Shown: piece by piece, positions 37,233 through 48,432 of the stretch
Numbering within the stretch: position 1 is the stretch's first letter
Layout of the letters: each line of letters begins with the position of its first letter
Source of the DNA: Octopus vulgaris
Taxonomy: Eukaryota
Length of the DNA: 64,000 nucleotides
Assembly (NCBI GenBank): GCA_951406725.2
Contig: OX597825.1
Span: 13,082,001-13,146,000 of the forward strand
Direction of reading: 5' to 3'
Translations under genes and position numbers: made by a program
The notes under the pieces: generated by a model
The model's database searches: none
What the model was told of the DNA's origin: nothing
What the model saw: only the letters and a program-made list of their open reading frames with translations

Positions 37233-38477
37233 ATGGCAATGAAAAATAACAAAATTTTGGAGTGGGAAATCATACCACCCAAAAAGTGGTTAAAAGACCG
37301 TGAAGATAGGACGGTGGTGTTGAGAACCTACTCCAAGGCACTTGACACCATCGCCCTATTCGAAAAGACGGCAATTGAGGAGGAGTTGGAAGAGTATTTG
37401 CCAACAATTAAATTCATTTCCAGGGGTGTCGAATATGCAACGGTGTGGTTGCTATTTGACACCCCTGAAGAGGCTTGCATATTTGCTAGCAAACCCTTGG
37501 AGGGTAAGGAAATCTTATTCCTGCCCACGTACAGAAAAAAGAAATTGATGAAAGCTTGGATCTGCGGACTGCCACCCGACATAGAACCCGAGTGGATAGA
37601 GGAGACTATCCGCCGGGGTCTGGGTGACAGCGAAACTAAGCTCCTCAATGTAAAAGTTCTTCCTGCGGCTGCTTGGGTTGGGTCGAAAGCAATTTTGACT
37701 CTGTGGACACAATCAGCCAATCTGGTTCTTCCAGATTTTTTGAAAATGGCCGGGTGCAGGTACCCGGTGATGCTTGAGGGTCGCCCCCCTAAGTGTCATC
37801 GGTGCTTGGAGTCCGGCCACATAAAGAAGAACTGTCCTCGGGAACAAAATAGGATCCCGGAACAGTTAAGTAAAACCCCTCTAGAAGAGGGAACGATAAC
37901 GGCCGAGAAAGCAGAGGACTCCTCAAACAGAGGCCGAAAGAGGAAGGTGAGCAACAATGGGTGCTCACCAAAGGATAATAGGGATGAGGAGAGGAAGGCG
38001 AATCTTCCAGCCACGGAGGAGACGCACCCTCCCTCAGTTGAAAAGGGAAAAAAAAAGAAAAAGAGGAAGAAAAACGGGACATTACCGGCTGTCAGTGTAG
38101 CACCGGAATGTCGCGGAACTACGTCGGTTGGGGTTGTGCCACCGACAAGAGAAGGAATACCGTTGGCGGAAACTGTGCCGCCAACGAAAGAACTAAATGT
38201 GTTGGTCCTCTTCTATAGAGGAGGAGAAATTGAAAAAGTGATGGAAGAGCACTACAAGGGAGCACCTTTAGCCTTCACACAGGACCCCGAATGGCCTCCG
38301 CAGGTAGCTGTGGAGGCCGTGGCGTTCGACGTGACGCTAGGGCTAAAGGAGCTCAACGAAGATTATAACTTGGTCCCGGGCGACGCGAACTCGGAACTTG
38401 ACTACGTTCTGAGGGAGGCGTGGTTGATGGTGGAGGGCGCGGGCACAAGCTATTTCGAGGACGATATGTATTATTAG
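37233..38477 (+). CDS. Gag-like ORF1 nucleic-acid-binding protein with CCHC zinc knuckle (Tx1/L1-type), 414 aa
   Basis: Uninterrupted ORF. RRM-like WICGLPPDIEPEWI segment, EGRPPK-CHRCLESGHIKKNC (CX2CX4HX4C at 37794-37835), basic NLS-like KGKKKKKRKK and an acidic C-terminus. Confidence 0.88.
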   Translation: MAMKNNKILEWEIIPPKKWLKDREDRTVVLRTYSKALDTIALFEKTAIEEELEEYLPTIKFISRGVEYATVWLLFDTPEEACIFASKPLEGKEILFLPTYRKKKLMKAWICGLPPDIEPEWIEETIRRGLGDSETKLLNVKVLPAAAWVGSKAILTLWTQSANLVLPDFLKMAGCRYPVMLEGRPPKCHRCLESGHIKKNCPREQNRIPEQLSKTPLEEGTITAEKAEDSSNRGRKRKVSNNGCSPKDNRDEERKANLPATEETHPPSVEKGKKKKKRKKNGTLPAVSVAPECRGTTSVGVVPPTREGIPLAETVPPTKELNVLVLFYRGGEIEKVMEEHYKGAPLAFTQDPEWPPQVAVEAVAFDVTLGLKELNEDYNLVPGDANSELDYVLREAWLMVEGAGTSYFEDDMYY

Positions 38478-38600
38478 TAATGGACTTAAGTCCAAAAATT
38501 GAAAAATTGTAAGAGGATTAATACCTCGTTTTGTATTAATAATGGACTGCTAAGCCCAAAAATTGGGAAAAATTGTAAGAGGTTTTATACCTCGTTTTGT
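38478..38600 (+). repeat. ~62-bp tandem duplication right after the ORF1 stop
   Basis: taatggact..aag(t/c)ccaaaaattg..aaaaattgtaagagg..t.atacctcgttttgt occurs twice. Confidence 0.85.
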
Positions 38601-39701
38601 GTTTATCTTTTTAAAAAGAACAATGTTTTAGAGAAGCAAAAGTCGGCGGGCGCTTTCTGTCTTCTCCCATCCTTATCATCTTTCTTTCATTATCATTCAC
38701 TTCATTAATGTCCTCGTCCAGCCCGCAAAGCTAACTTAATCTGTGTACTGCCTTTATGGCAAATGTTTTGAAATAAAGTAGCTTGCTAACCAACCACATG
38801 GTTCCGGGTTCAGTCCCACTGTGTGGCATCTTGGGCAAGTGTCTTCTGCTATAGCCCCGGGCCGACCAATGCCTTGTGAGTGGATTTGGTAGACGGAAAT
38901 TGAAAGAAGCCTGTCGTATATATGTATATGTATATATATATGTATGTGTGTCTGTGCTTGTGTGTCTGTGTTTGTTCCCCTAGCATTGCTTGACAGGCGA
39001 TGCTGGTGTGTTTACGTCCCCGTCACTTAGTGAGTCGGCAAAAGAGACCGATAGAATAAGTACTGGGCTTACAAAGAATAAGTCCCGGGGTCGATTTGCT
39101 CGACTAAAGGCGGTGCTCCAGCATGGCCGCAGTCAAATGACTGAAACAAGTAAAAGAGTAAAAGAGTAAAAGAGTATTATATGTTGCTGTATACTCTACA
39201 AAGCTCTTTCATGAACTCTTAGGTTAAGCGTTGCTATACGTTACCTCCCTGGCCCCAAGTAGACAAAATGGAAAAGGTTTGCCTCGGAGGATGACTAGGG
39301 AGATGCGCTGAAACAGCCACTCTGACTTACTGACCCCGCATTTGCGGACAGCCATCTTTGTTCCGATAGTGGTTTAGCAGCGATGTGTTCCGGGGACCAA
39401 GAACACCGGTATACTCTTGTACAAGGTCGACCATAAACCTGTAGATCAACCGATACTGAGACAGCTTGCTCTTCTCAGCCTGACGAGCAGCGGAGCTTAG
39501 TTTTGTAGCTGACTGCAAGTGCAGGCCCAGTGAGTCACTGGAAATAACAGCCAAATCTCTCTCAATGTCACACGCTAATATGATATAAACGAGAGGACAC
39601 ATTGGATAAGATGGACACACACACTTATATATTCCCTATAAAAGAAATTTCTGTTTTTCTCACTCACCTTAATTTTATACTTTTCTCCCACTTCTCTCCC
39701 T

Positions 39702-39732
<31 letters not shown>

Positions 39733-39953
39733 ACTCTCTCTTTCATGACCCGATGACCCGGAAGTTGTTGCTCTTCTATTACTATCGCTAACAACTTTCT
39801 TCAGCTGAATACGTGTCATTGATTGTTTAAAATTATCTAAATACGACGACTTTAACACGAAATAACTTCTAAAATACAAAATTTTGTCAAAAGCGTTAAG
39901 AGTAAACCGCGTTCTACGTGACACATTCAACCAGTATCCAAAGTTTCAAACTG

Positions 39954-40360
39954 TTTACTCTTTTACTCTTTTACTTGTTTCAGTCATTTGACTGCGGCCA
40001 TGCTGGAGCACCGCCTTTAATCGAGCAACTCGAACCCGGGACTTATTCTTTGTAAGCCTAGTACTTATTCTATCGGTCTCTTTTGCCGAACCGCTAAGTG
40101 ACGGGGACGCAAACACGCCAGCATCGGTTGTCAAGCAATGCTAGGGGGACAAACACAGACACACAAACACACACACATACATATATATACATATATACGA
40201 CAGGCTTCTTTCAATTTCCGTCTACCAAATCCACTCACAAGGCATTGGTCGGCCCGGGGCTATAGCAGAAGACACTTGCCCAAGATGCAACGCCGTGGGA
40301 CTGAACCCGGAACCATGTGGTTCCTTAGCAATCTACTTACCACACAGCCACTCCTGCGCC
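39954..40360 (-). mobile_element. SINE family A, full length
   Basis: Near-consensus reverse complement, with ctgttta at both ends. Confidence 0.95.
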
Positions 40361-41036
40361 TGTTTAATTAAAAAAATTAATTAAAAAATCTGTAACTGAG
40401 ATTGAACAGAACCAAACAAATTACGATGTCACTACAGGCATGGTCCAGTATAACAGACTGGTAATTTCTCAACAGAATTGAGGGGATTCATAAATAAGAG
40501 GGTTCACCATTTTATGTGAAGTCACATAATACATGTGCACGAAGCTGAGGAGCCTACGCAGTCGTTGAAACTGCTAGAAATAACAGCAAAATCTTTAAAT
40601 AACACCCTGACATCCTTAACAAAGGACGTATCAGACACTTTTGTCCCACACACTCCTAAAGCGACGGGATGGCCAAAAGCGGAATGCCTTTGGTTATAGA
40701 TTTCTTCAGTCAGGGATGACCTTGGTTGACCAATAAAAAAGGCAGTAGCAACAACAACAACAACAGCGACAATAATAATAAGAACAACTTGAGCCTATAA
40801 CTGCGGCATTCAATAAATTATTCGACTAGAAAAACAATATCCATTCCCCCAAAAACAAAAAATATAACCGGTTCCCGAAAAGTACAGACCAATATCCTGT
40901 TTGCCGAAAATACTTGTATTGATCTGTCAGCAATATACGAAAGTCCGGCCATTTGTGTGGAAAATAATAATATCTTTAGTGGAAGAAAAAGGCGTCTCAA
41001 AGAAAGAACAGTTCCCTAAGCAGATAATTTTTCTAT

Positions 41037-41135
<99 letters not shown>

Positions 41136-41458
41136 CGCCCTACTGCAATCAATCATTTCATTCTTCTCTCCCCACACACCCACCCACCCGGCCGCAATCC
41201 ATCCACATAATCCTTTCTGTGTTTCATTCCGTTTCAACTTCTCCGCGTCCAGCCAATCACTTTATGTTATTAAATAACTCATCTTGAACACCATCTCTAG
41301 AGTCTCCTGATGAATGAATATCTGCAGAATGTGTGCCTTGTTCATTATACGCATCAATATATATAAATATATATATATATATATATGTGTGTATGTATGT
41401 ATGTATGTATGTATACGTATGTATATATTCATACATACATATATATTATATGTACATA

Positions 41459-41511
<53 letters not shown>

Positions 41512-41573
41512 ACATATATATATACATACATAGATATATACATGCATGTATGTATATTTTGTGTGTGTATATA

Positions 41574-41613
<40 letters not shown>

Positions 41614-42483
41614 ATATACGTACACACATACACACATCTCTGTGCAAATCCTATTCTTGTTTCTCTTTTTCCTTTGCACTATTATATTTTGCAAATTCCC
41701 TCTCCAACACACACACTCTCTCTCTCTCTCTCTCTTTCTTCCTCTCTCTCTCTCTCTCTCTCTACCAGTTTTCTCATAGCCTTGAAGACTTACTATTAAT
41801 GATCAGTAAACCAACTGAAGGAGAGACAAAAACGATCTCAGACTTTTGGCTGCTCAGAACTGCAAAAGACTGACTCATGTACGAAGGGGGCTTTTAATTC
41901 ATTTTAATTTTGGCAGCATTCTGAAGCAGCAGAGCCTAATTTAAATACAAATATCTGGCGCTGTTTTGCTTCTATCACTTAGTCAAAAGAAAAGGGAGCG
42001 CCCCTGAACCTTTCCAAAGCCTTTGAGATTAGTGAAGGTAGAGACAGATGAAGGTATCCTCATATTGATACTGAGACGGAAGCTTGCAACACAATGGACT
42101 CTGCTTAATTTCACCGAAAGTATAGGCGGTGGTGTTACACAAGACGAAGGTTTAAGAGCCTATCTAGGAATTCACTCACATTATGTTATTCTCTGATTTT
42201 GATCACATCCACCCTCTGCATTGTTCCGGTGTCTCGGCAGAAGTTACACATGAAAATGGTTTCTAACATGCCGCCATTTGTATGAAAGTACAACATTTTG
42301 AATATGCGAGCAGTGCGCTTCGATGATACGTCGTCAGCTGGTCTATAACTTATCTTCTCTTCCTGCAGACCATGAAAAAATACCAGCAAGTTCAAAATTG
42401 TTTCGAGCCGTCTCTGGGACTAACATTTCCATCTTCTAATAACAGGGATCAATGTACGACTTAATGTAAACTAATTAGTTATA

Positions 42484-42875
42484 GGCGTAGGAGTGGCTGT
42501 GTGGTAAGAAGCTTGATTTCCAACCACATGGTTCCGGGTTCAGTCCCACTGCGTGGCACCTTGTGCAATGTCTTCTACTATAGCCTCGGGCCGACCAAAG
42601 CCTTGTGAGTGGATTTGGTAGACGGAAACTGAAAGAAACCTGTCATGTATATATGTATACATATATATATGTATGTGTGTGTTTGCGTGTCTGTGTTTGT
42701 CCCCCCAACATCGCTTGACAACCGATGCTGGTGTGTTTACGTCCCCGTAACTTATCGGTTCAGCAAAAGAGACCGATAGAATAAGTACTAGGCTTACAAA
42801 GAATAAGTCCTGGGGTCGACTAAAGGCGGTGTTCCAGCATGGTAACAGTCAAATGACTGAAACAAGTAAAAGAGT
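42484..42875 (+). mobile_element. SINE family A, full length
   Basis: Near consensus, with a small deletion in the second 3' hairpin. Confidence 0.95.
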
Positions 42876-44424
42876 AATTGTTGACCCACCTTTCTTACAA
42901 AAGGTGGCAGCTTAGGAACTTCCTCAACAAAACTACTTGTAATATGAAAGGCAGCGAATTGGCGGAATAGTAAGCACGCCGAACAAAACGTTTAGCAGCA
43001 TTTCGTCCGTCTAAATGTTCTGAGTTGAAATTCCGCTGAGGCCAAATATTCGAGTCAAAGAGAAACCTTCTACATTGGCCATTCGACTTACAAGGAATAG
43101 TAAAATCACCTTCGAATTGTACTCTTTCATCTAAAAAAAAATAGGCCCTGAATAATGTATTTAGAGTACACGATGCTGAATAGGGCCTCAGTGGTAACAG
43201 CTGGGGTGCTTTTGATTACAAGTTTTCGAAAATAGGTCCGATTTGAGGATAAATGGTAACAGCAGTTAAACGTGTTAACTACAACTAAAAGTTTAACATG
43301 CTAACTACAACGGAAAATACATCATTTACTTTCCCTAGCAGCCTGTACAATTTATCTACCGGCCTGTCTCTTACACTTCCTCATGTCACTCTCAATATGT
43401 CTTACGTCCCATATCTCGAACTAAATATCTTGTCAAATCCTTTATTCCCAAACTGGTTTCCTCTAGAATTGTCATCCTCATTTATATTTTTCACCCAGGC
43501 ATTGATCTACACTGTGTAAAACTGAAGACTAACCATATAGATGTTACGAGTCTGTAATGCCCCAAAAAGACCACGGACCCGGTCTCTCTTCGTTTGAGTA
43601 AATACATTTTAGAGTGTTAAGAAACCAGACGATCAATGAAAAACAGCAAGAGGTGAAACCAAAATCTGAGAATGGCCTGGATTTTTTTACACAAACGTCT
43701 TTTATTAAATTCTACACTCTTTGTTATAGGAAACTGTTATAACGGAAATTCTTCATTAAATGTCAAATTGGTGACTCTTGTCTGAAGGAAATTCAGTGAA
43801 TTTACATCGGAGTCACCAATATGGCGCATGGTTTGCTTGTTGCTTGATTTAAGCTGGTCAATGATGATACGCTTCAAACATCTGAGCCGCCATTATCGAA
43901 CTGGATTGCTTTATTATCATTGTTGTTGTGGAAGTGAAGACTATCGTTGGCTGCGTGTCTAATAACTGAATCAAACATGAAAATTTGGTTGTAATATTTA
44001 TTGCCAAATATAATATATTTGGTATTGGCCATTTACAACGTATAATATTAATAGCAGCCGACTAGAAGGAGAAAAGAACTGCTATGTGAATGTAGAAAGC
44101 CATCTGTAGAACATCATGCAGTGTGTCCGAGTGTCAGGAATTATCTTTGCAAGCGTTCGAGGCGCTCAGTGGGATTAGTGATCTGTTGACCGTCTCGGAT
44201 TTGAGTTGTGTGCGTAACAAGAGGTGCCGCGTGTCAATCAGTTGTCTGCCCTCATCACTCTGCGATGAGTGAAACGCCAAAATGCTTTTATTGGGGATAA
44301 GAGGTTACACTTCAGAACATTCGAAAAAGCCATATCATGCCACAGCCCCACGCTGATCACTCGAGTTATAAATCAGTCATGGGAAACTGTGGTGACTCAC
44401 TAGTGCCTAACCAAATATCTAGTG

Positions 44425-44731
44425 TGGAGGCGCATGGCTTAGTGGTTAGAGCAGTAGAGTCGAGGTCGAGGGATCGCGGGTTCGAATCTCAAACCGGGCG
44501 ATGTGTGTGTTTATGAGCGAAACACCTAAGCTTCAAGCGGCTCCGGCAGAAGGTAATGGCGAAATTCTGCTGACTCTTCCGCCACAACTTTCTCTCACTC
44601 TTTCCTCCTGCATCTTGCATCTCATCTGCGACAGATCGGCGTCCCGTCCAAGTGGTGAATCTATACGCCAAGGAAACCAGGAAATCGGCTCTTATGAGCC
44701 AGGCATGGCTCGAGAAGAAACAACAACAACC
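44425..44731 (+). mobile_element. SINE family C with (AAC)n tail and 14-bp TSD
   Basis: aaccaaatatctag at 44409-44422 and 44728-44741. Confidence 0.92.
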
Positions 44732-44949
44732 AAATATCTAGCGGTTAAGGTTCGAATCGCCGCTACACAGTGTATATAAATATGTCGGCCCTAACGCTGA
44801 GACCACCTATCAACCACACTATCCCAAAATAGAAGACATCAGTAACACTGCAAGATAAAAACCTGTTAAAAACAAATATAACAAAAAGTATATTATTTAG
44901 CGTGTTTCATGCACTTTCAGCTCTGCAACGGTTTACAAATTTGATGAAC

Positions 44950-45455
44950 CAAAACACCAAAGGTTAAAAATGGCACGGATAAAATATAAGCTGTCTCCTC
45001 TATAAGAATGGCTTAGACTATACACAATATTCAACCAAGTAACTAGTAAAATATCTGTATAGACTCAAGAATGATGTATAAATAAGTATGGAATTAGTAG
45101 AATTAGTAGTTGTACTCTAAGAAGAGGCAAACCAATAAAACTTCAGAGCATTAACTAAGATTTAGTCACTAGAATCAAGAAATTAAAACAGAGCCATCCA
45201 TAGACAGATTTAAAATTATATGGCAGTGAGAAAAGATGACGTACGTACTAACACGAAGAAGACCGTTTGAAGAGAGTATTAAAGAAGGATCTGGCTAGAA
45301 GATAATAAATACCATGAATGCGATTATCGGTGTAAATACGCGAAATATAGTTAAATCATAAACTACAGATTCGGCATAATGAATTTAGAGTTAAGAGAAA
45401 TGAGATGAATGGTTATTGAGACCCAGCAAGGTAATCACAAAATTCCGAACTTAGT
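44950..45455 (+). pseudogene. Decayed R4/Dong-like reverse transcriptase fragment
   Basis: Remnants appear in the expected order: SCLLYKNGL (compare SHLLYMDDL), LRRGK, REY, NTMNAIIGVNT and NYRFGIMN (compare YSFGII.W). Confidence 0.6.
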
Positions 45456-45585
45456 ATCTTGAAGTTAATCACATAGATATTATTTACCGAAAAATCATAC
45501 ATGTACATATAGACACACACGCGCACACACACACAAACACACACATACATACATACATACATACATACATACATACATACATACA

Positions 45586-45672
<87 letters not shown>

Positions 45673-45690
45673 ATATATATATATATGTAC

Positions 45691-45728
<38 letters not shown>

Positions 45729-45729
45729 G

Positions 45730-45847
<118 letters not shown>

Positions 45848-45877
45848 TGCGTATAAACATACATCTATATATATTCT

Positions 45878-46110
45878 CTTTCATTATTTTCATTCTTTTA
45901 CTTGTTTCAGTAATTTGACTGCGGCCATGCTGGAGCACCGCCTTTAGTCGATCAAATCGACCCCAGGACATATTCTTTGTAAGCCTAGTACTTATTCTAT
46001 CGGTTTCTTTTGCCGAACTGCTAAGTTACGGGGACGTAAACACACCAGCATCGGTTGTCAAGCGATGATGGGGGACGATCACAGGCATACAAGCAAACAC
46101 ACACACGTAT

Positions 46111-46153
<43 letters not shown>

Positions 46154-46314
46154 CGACAGGCTTCGTACAGTTTCCGTCTGTCGAATCCACTCACAAGGCT
46201 CTGGTCGACTCGATGTTATAGTAGAAGTCATTTACCCAAGGCGTCACATAGTGGGACTGAACCCAGAACCATGTCCTTGGTAAGCAAGCTACTTACCACA
46301 CAGTCACTGCTGCG

Positions 46315-46316
<2 letters not shown>
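45878..46316 (-). mobile_element. SINE family A, full length, with partial head duplications to 46541
   Basis: Reverse complement of family A. Confidence 0.92.
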
Positions 46317-46373
<57 letters not shown>

Positions 46374-46536
46374 GACAGGCTTCGTACAGTTTCTGTCTGT
46401 TGAATCCACTCACAAGGTGCCACATAGTGGGACTGAACCCAGAACCATGTTCTTGGTAGCTCACTTACCACACAGCCGCACATAGCGCCTATATATATAT
46501 ATATATATATATTGTACGCGTATATATATTACACAG

Positions 46537-46593
<57 letters not shown>

Positions 46594-47055
46594 GTAAACG
46601 TGCGCGTGGGGTGATACAAGCAGAGAAGCAAAACCTATAGAGGAACCAAAATTTGTCTATAAAAAGTATCGAAGAATGTAATAAATGGCGATTGATTAGT
46701 TTGTTTGTTAAAACACCATGAAACAAATCTTTACATAATAGAATTAACTTTCTGTCTACATATGAGGACACAATAAAGTAGAAACTCCAATGTAATTACA
46801 TTGAGGTTTACCCTTTAGATAAACTCAAGAGATGAAATAACATAAAAAGAAAATATTAAATTGAATCGGAAGTTCTAAACTACTGAGGTGGGAGAGTAGG
46901 TGATAACCTCACGCTGATCAATAGCCTACGAGATAGAAAAATTAGGTCAAACATCAGTTTAAATGTCCTAGAGTAAAAACGGAATGTAAGGTCTGGTTTT
47001 AACAACGCAGAATCTTAGACTATTAGACTATCCAGACACACAAAATGTATGAAAG

Positions 47056-47364
47056 CTAAGGAGCACTCCGTCGGTTACGACGACGAGGGTCCCAGCTGTC
47101 TGCTCGTGAAATTAATATGCGAGTGGCTGAGCACTCCAGAGACACGAGTACCCTTAACGCAGTTCTCAGAGAGATTCAGTGCAACACGGAGTGTGACATG
47201 GCTGGCCCTTTGAAATACATGTGCAACTCATTTTTTGCCAGCTGAGTGGATTGGAACAACGTGAAATAAAGTGTTTCAGCTTTAAGGACACAACGCGTTG
47301 CCAGGAATTGAACTCACGACCTTACGATCATGAGCCGAATGACCCTAACCACTAAGCCACGCGA
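47056..47364 (-). mobile_element. SINE family D (tRNA head plus CORE-like domain)
   Basis: Minus strand cgcgtggcttagtggttaggg...gagttcaattcc...ttgtgtcctt..acactttatttcacgttg..ccactcagctg. gtatgaa flanks both ends. Confidence 0.85.
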
Positions 47365-48231
47365 GTATGAAGGTAAAATAATGAAACAAAAGAAACGAAG
47401 CAATAAACATAAAATAACAATCGACCACATCGTTTCCTAGCGACAGTGTTGTCTTTTGAGAAAGAAAATATATTCACAGACATGTCCACGTATGTAACTA
47501 TGTCTATCGGGGGGAATATGCTAACGCTCCGACGTGAAGATGAAAGAAATATAAAATCAGTGGTCTAAGCACATACCAGACTCCGTATGTGACAATAGCA
47601 AGGTAATGATACTCTGAAAGATACTCGCTCAGATTGATTGTTAGATCAAAGCAAACGACCCGAATATTATAATGAAACATACTAACGGGAAAAGCTGCGC
47701 ACTCTCATAAACATCGCGACGACTTCCGGTGAAATAAAAAAAAAAGACAAACATTGGGGAAAATATAAATTCACAAACGCCATTCACGAAAAAATTTCGG
47801 ACTCTTCTATAAGAGGAACGAAAACTTCAAAACAAGAAAACCATTGATATTTTACAATGCATATATGTGTGGGAGTGTGTGAGTGTATGTGCGCATGTAT
47901 ATGTACGTATGTATATGTGGTAGCAACGTTGTGAAGGAAAGTGTCTTCTTTTAACCGTCATTATTTAAATCTTAGAGAAGGTTTTGCAGATTTTAATAAT
48001 CCCAGATATCGCGATACTTTGTGGCATGTGGATTAAGAAGTTGCATTCTCTCCCCAAAACCCCAAGTTCAACCATACTTCTTTGCTCCGGACAGATTTGG
48101 CATGAATCCCGTTACTCCAATAATAATAAAAATGAAGCTGACAGTGTATGCATGCATGTATGTATGTAGGTATGTATGTATGTATGTATGTATGTATGTA
48201 TGTATGTATGTATGTATGTATGTATGCATGT

Positions 48232-48315
<84 letters not shown>

Positions 48316-48372
48316 TGACAGATAGACAGATAGACAGACAGATTGCAAGCTAGCTAGCTAGCTAGATAGATT

Positions 48373-48432
<60 letters not shown>

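Larger units (their letters stand above)
36577..38775 (+). mobile_element. ORF1-only, non-autonomous Tx1/L1-like non-LTR retroelement (HAL1-like architecture)
   Basis: Imperfect TSD aagtagctt(g)ct(t/a)acca at 36561-36576 and 38776-38792. 656-nt 5' UTR, a single ORF, and ~300-nt 3' UTR ending in AATAAA. No ORF2, LTR or TIR. Confidence 0.8.
36543..39175 (+). mobile_element. SINE family A split by a 2.2-kb insertion (36543-36576 plus 38776-39175)
   Basis: The head caggagtggctgtgtggtaagtagctt stops at 36576 and resumes as aagtagcttgctaaccaaccacatgg at 38776. Confidence 0.92.

Noticed and set aside
37328-38082. Antisense and alternate-frame ORFs overlapping ORF1
   Set aside because: Shadow ORFs of a more GC-rich coding region, with no motifs.
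44425-44500. tRNA gene (also the heads of SINE A, B, C and D copies)
   Set aside because: A and B boxes are present, but there is no clean cloverleaf and each continues into a SINE body with a tail, often with a TSD.
46680-46830. RLE-endonuclease-like remnant (LYIIELTF, YIEV)
   Set aside because: Too short and decayed to call.
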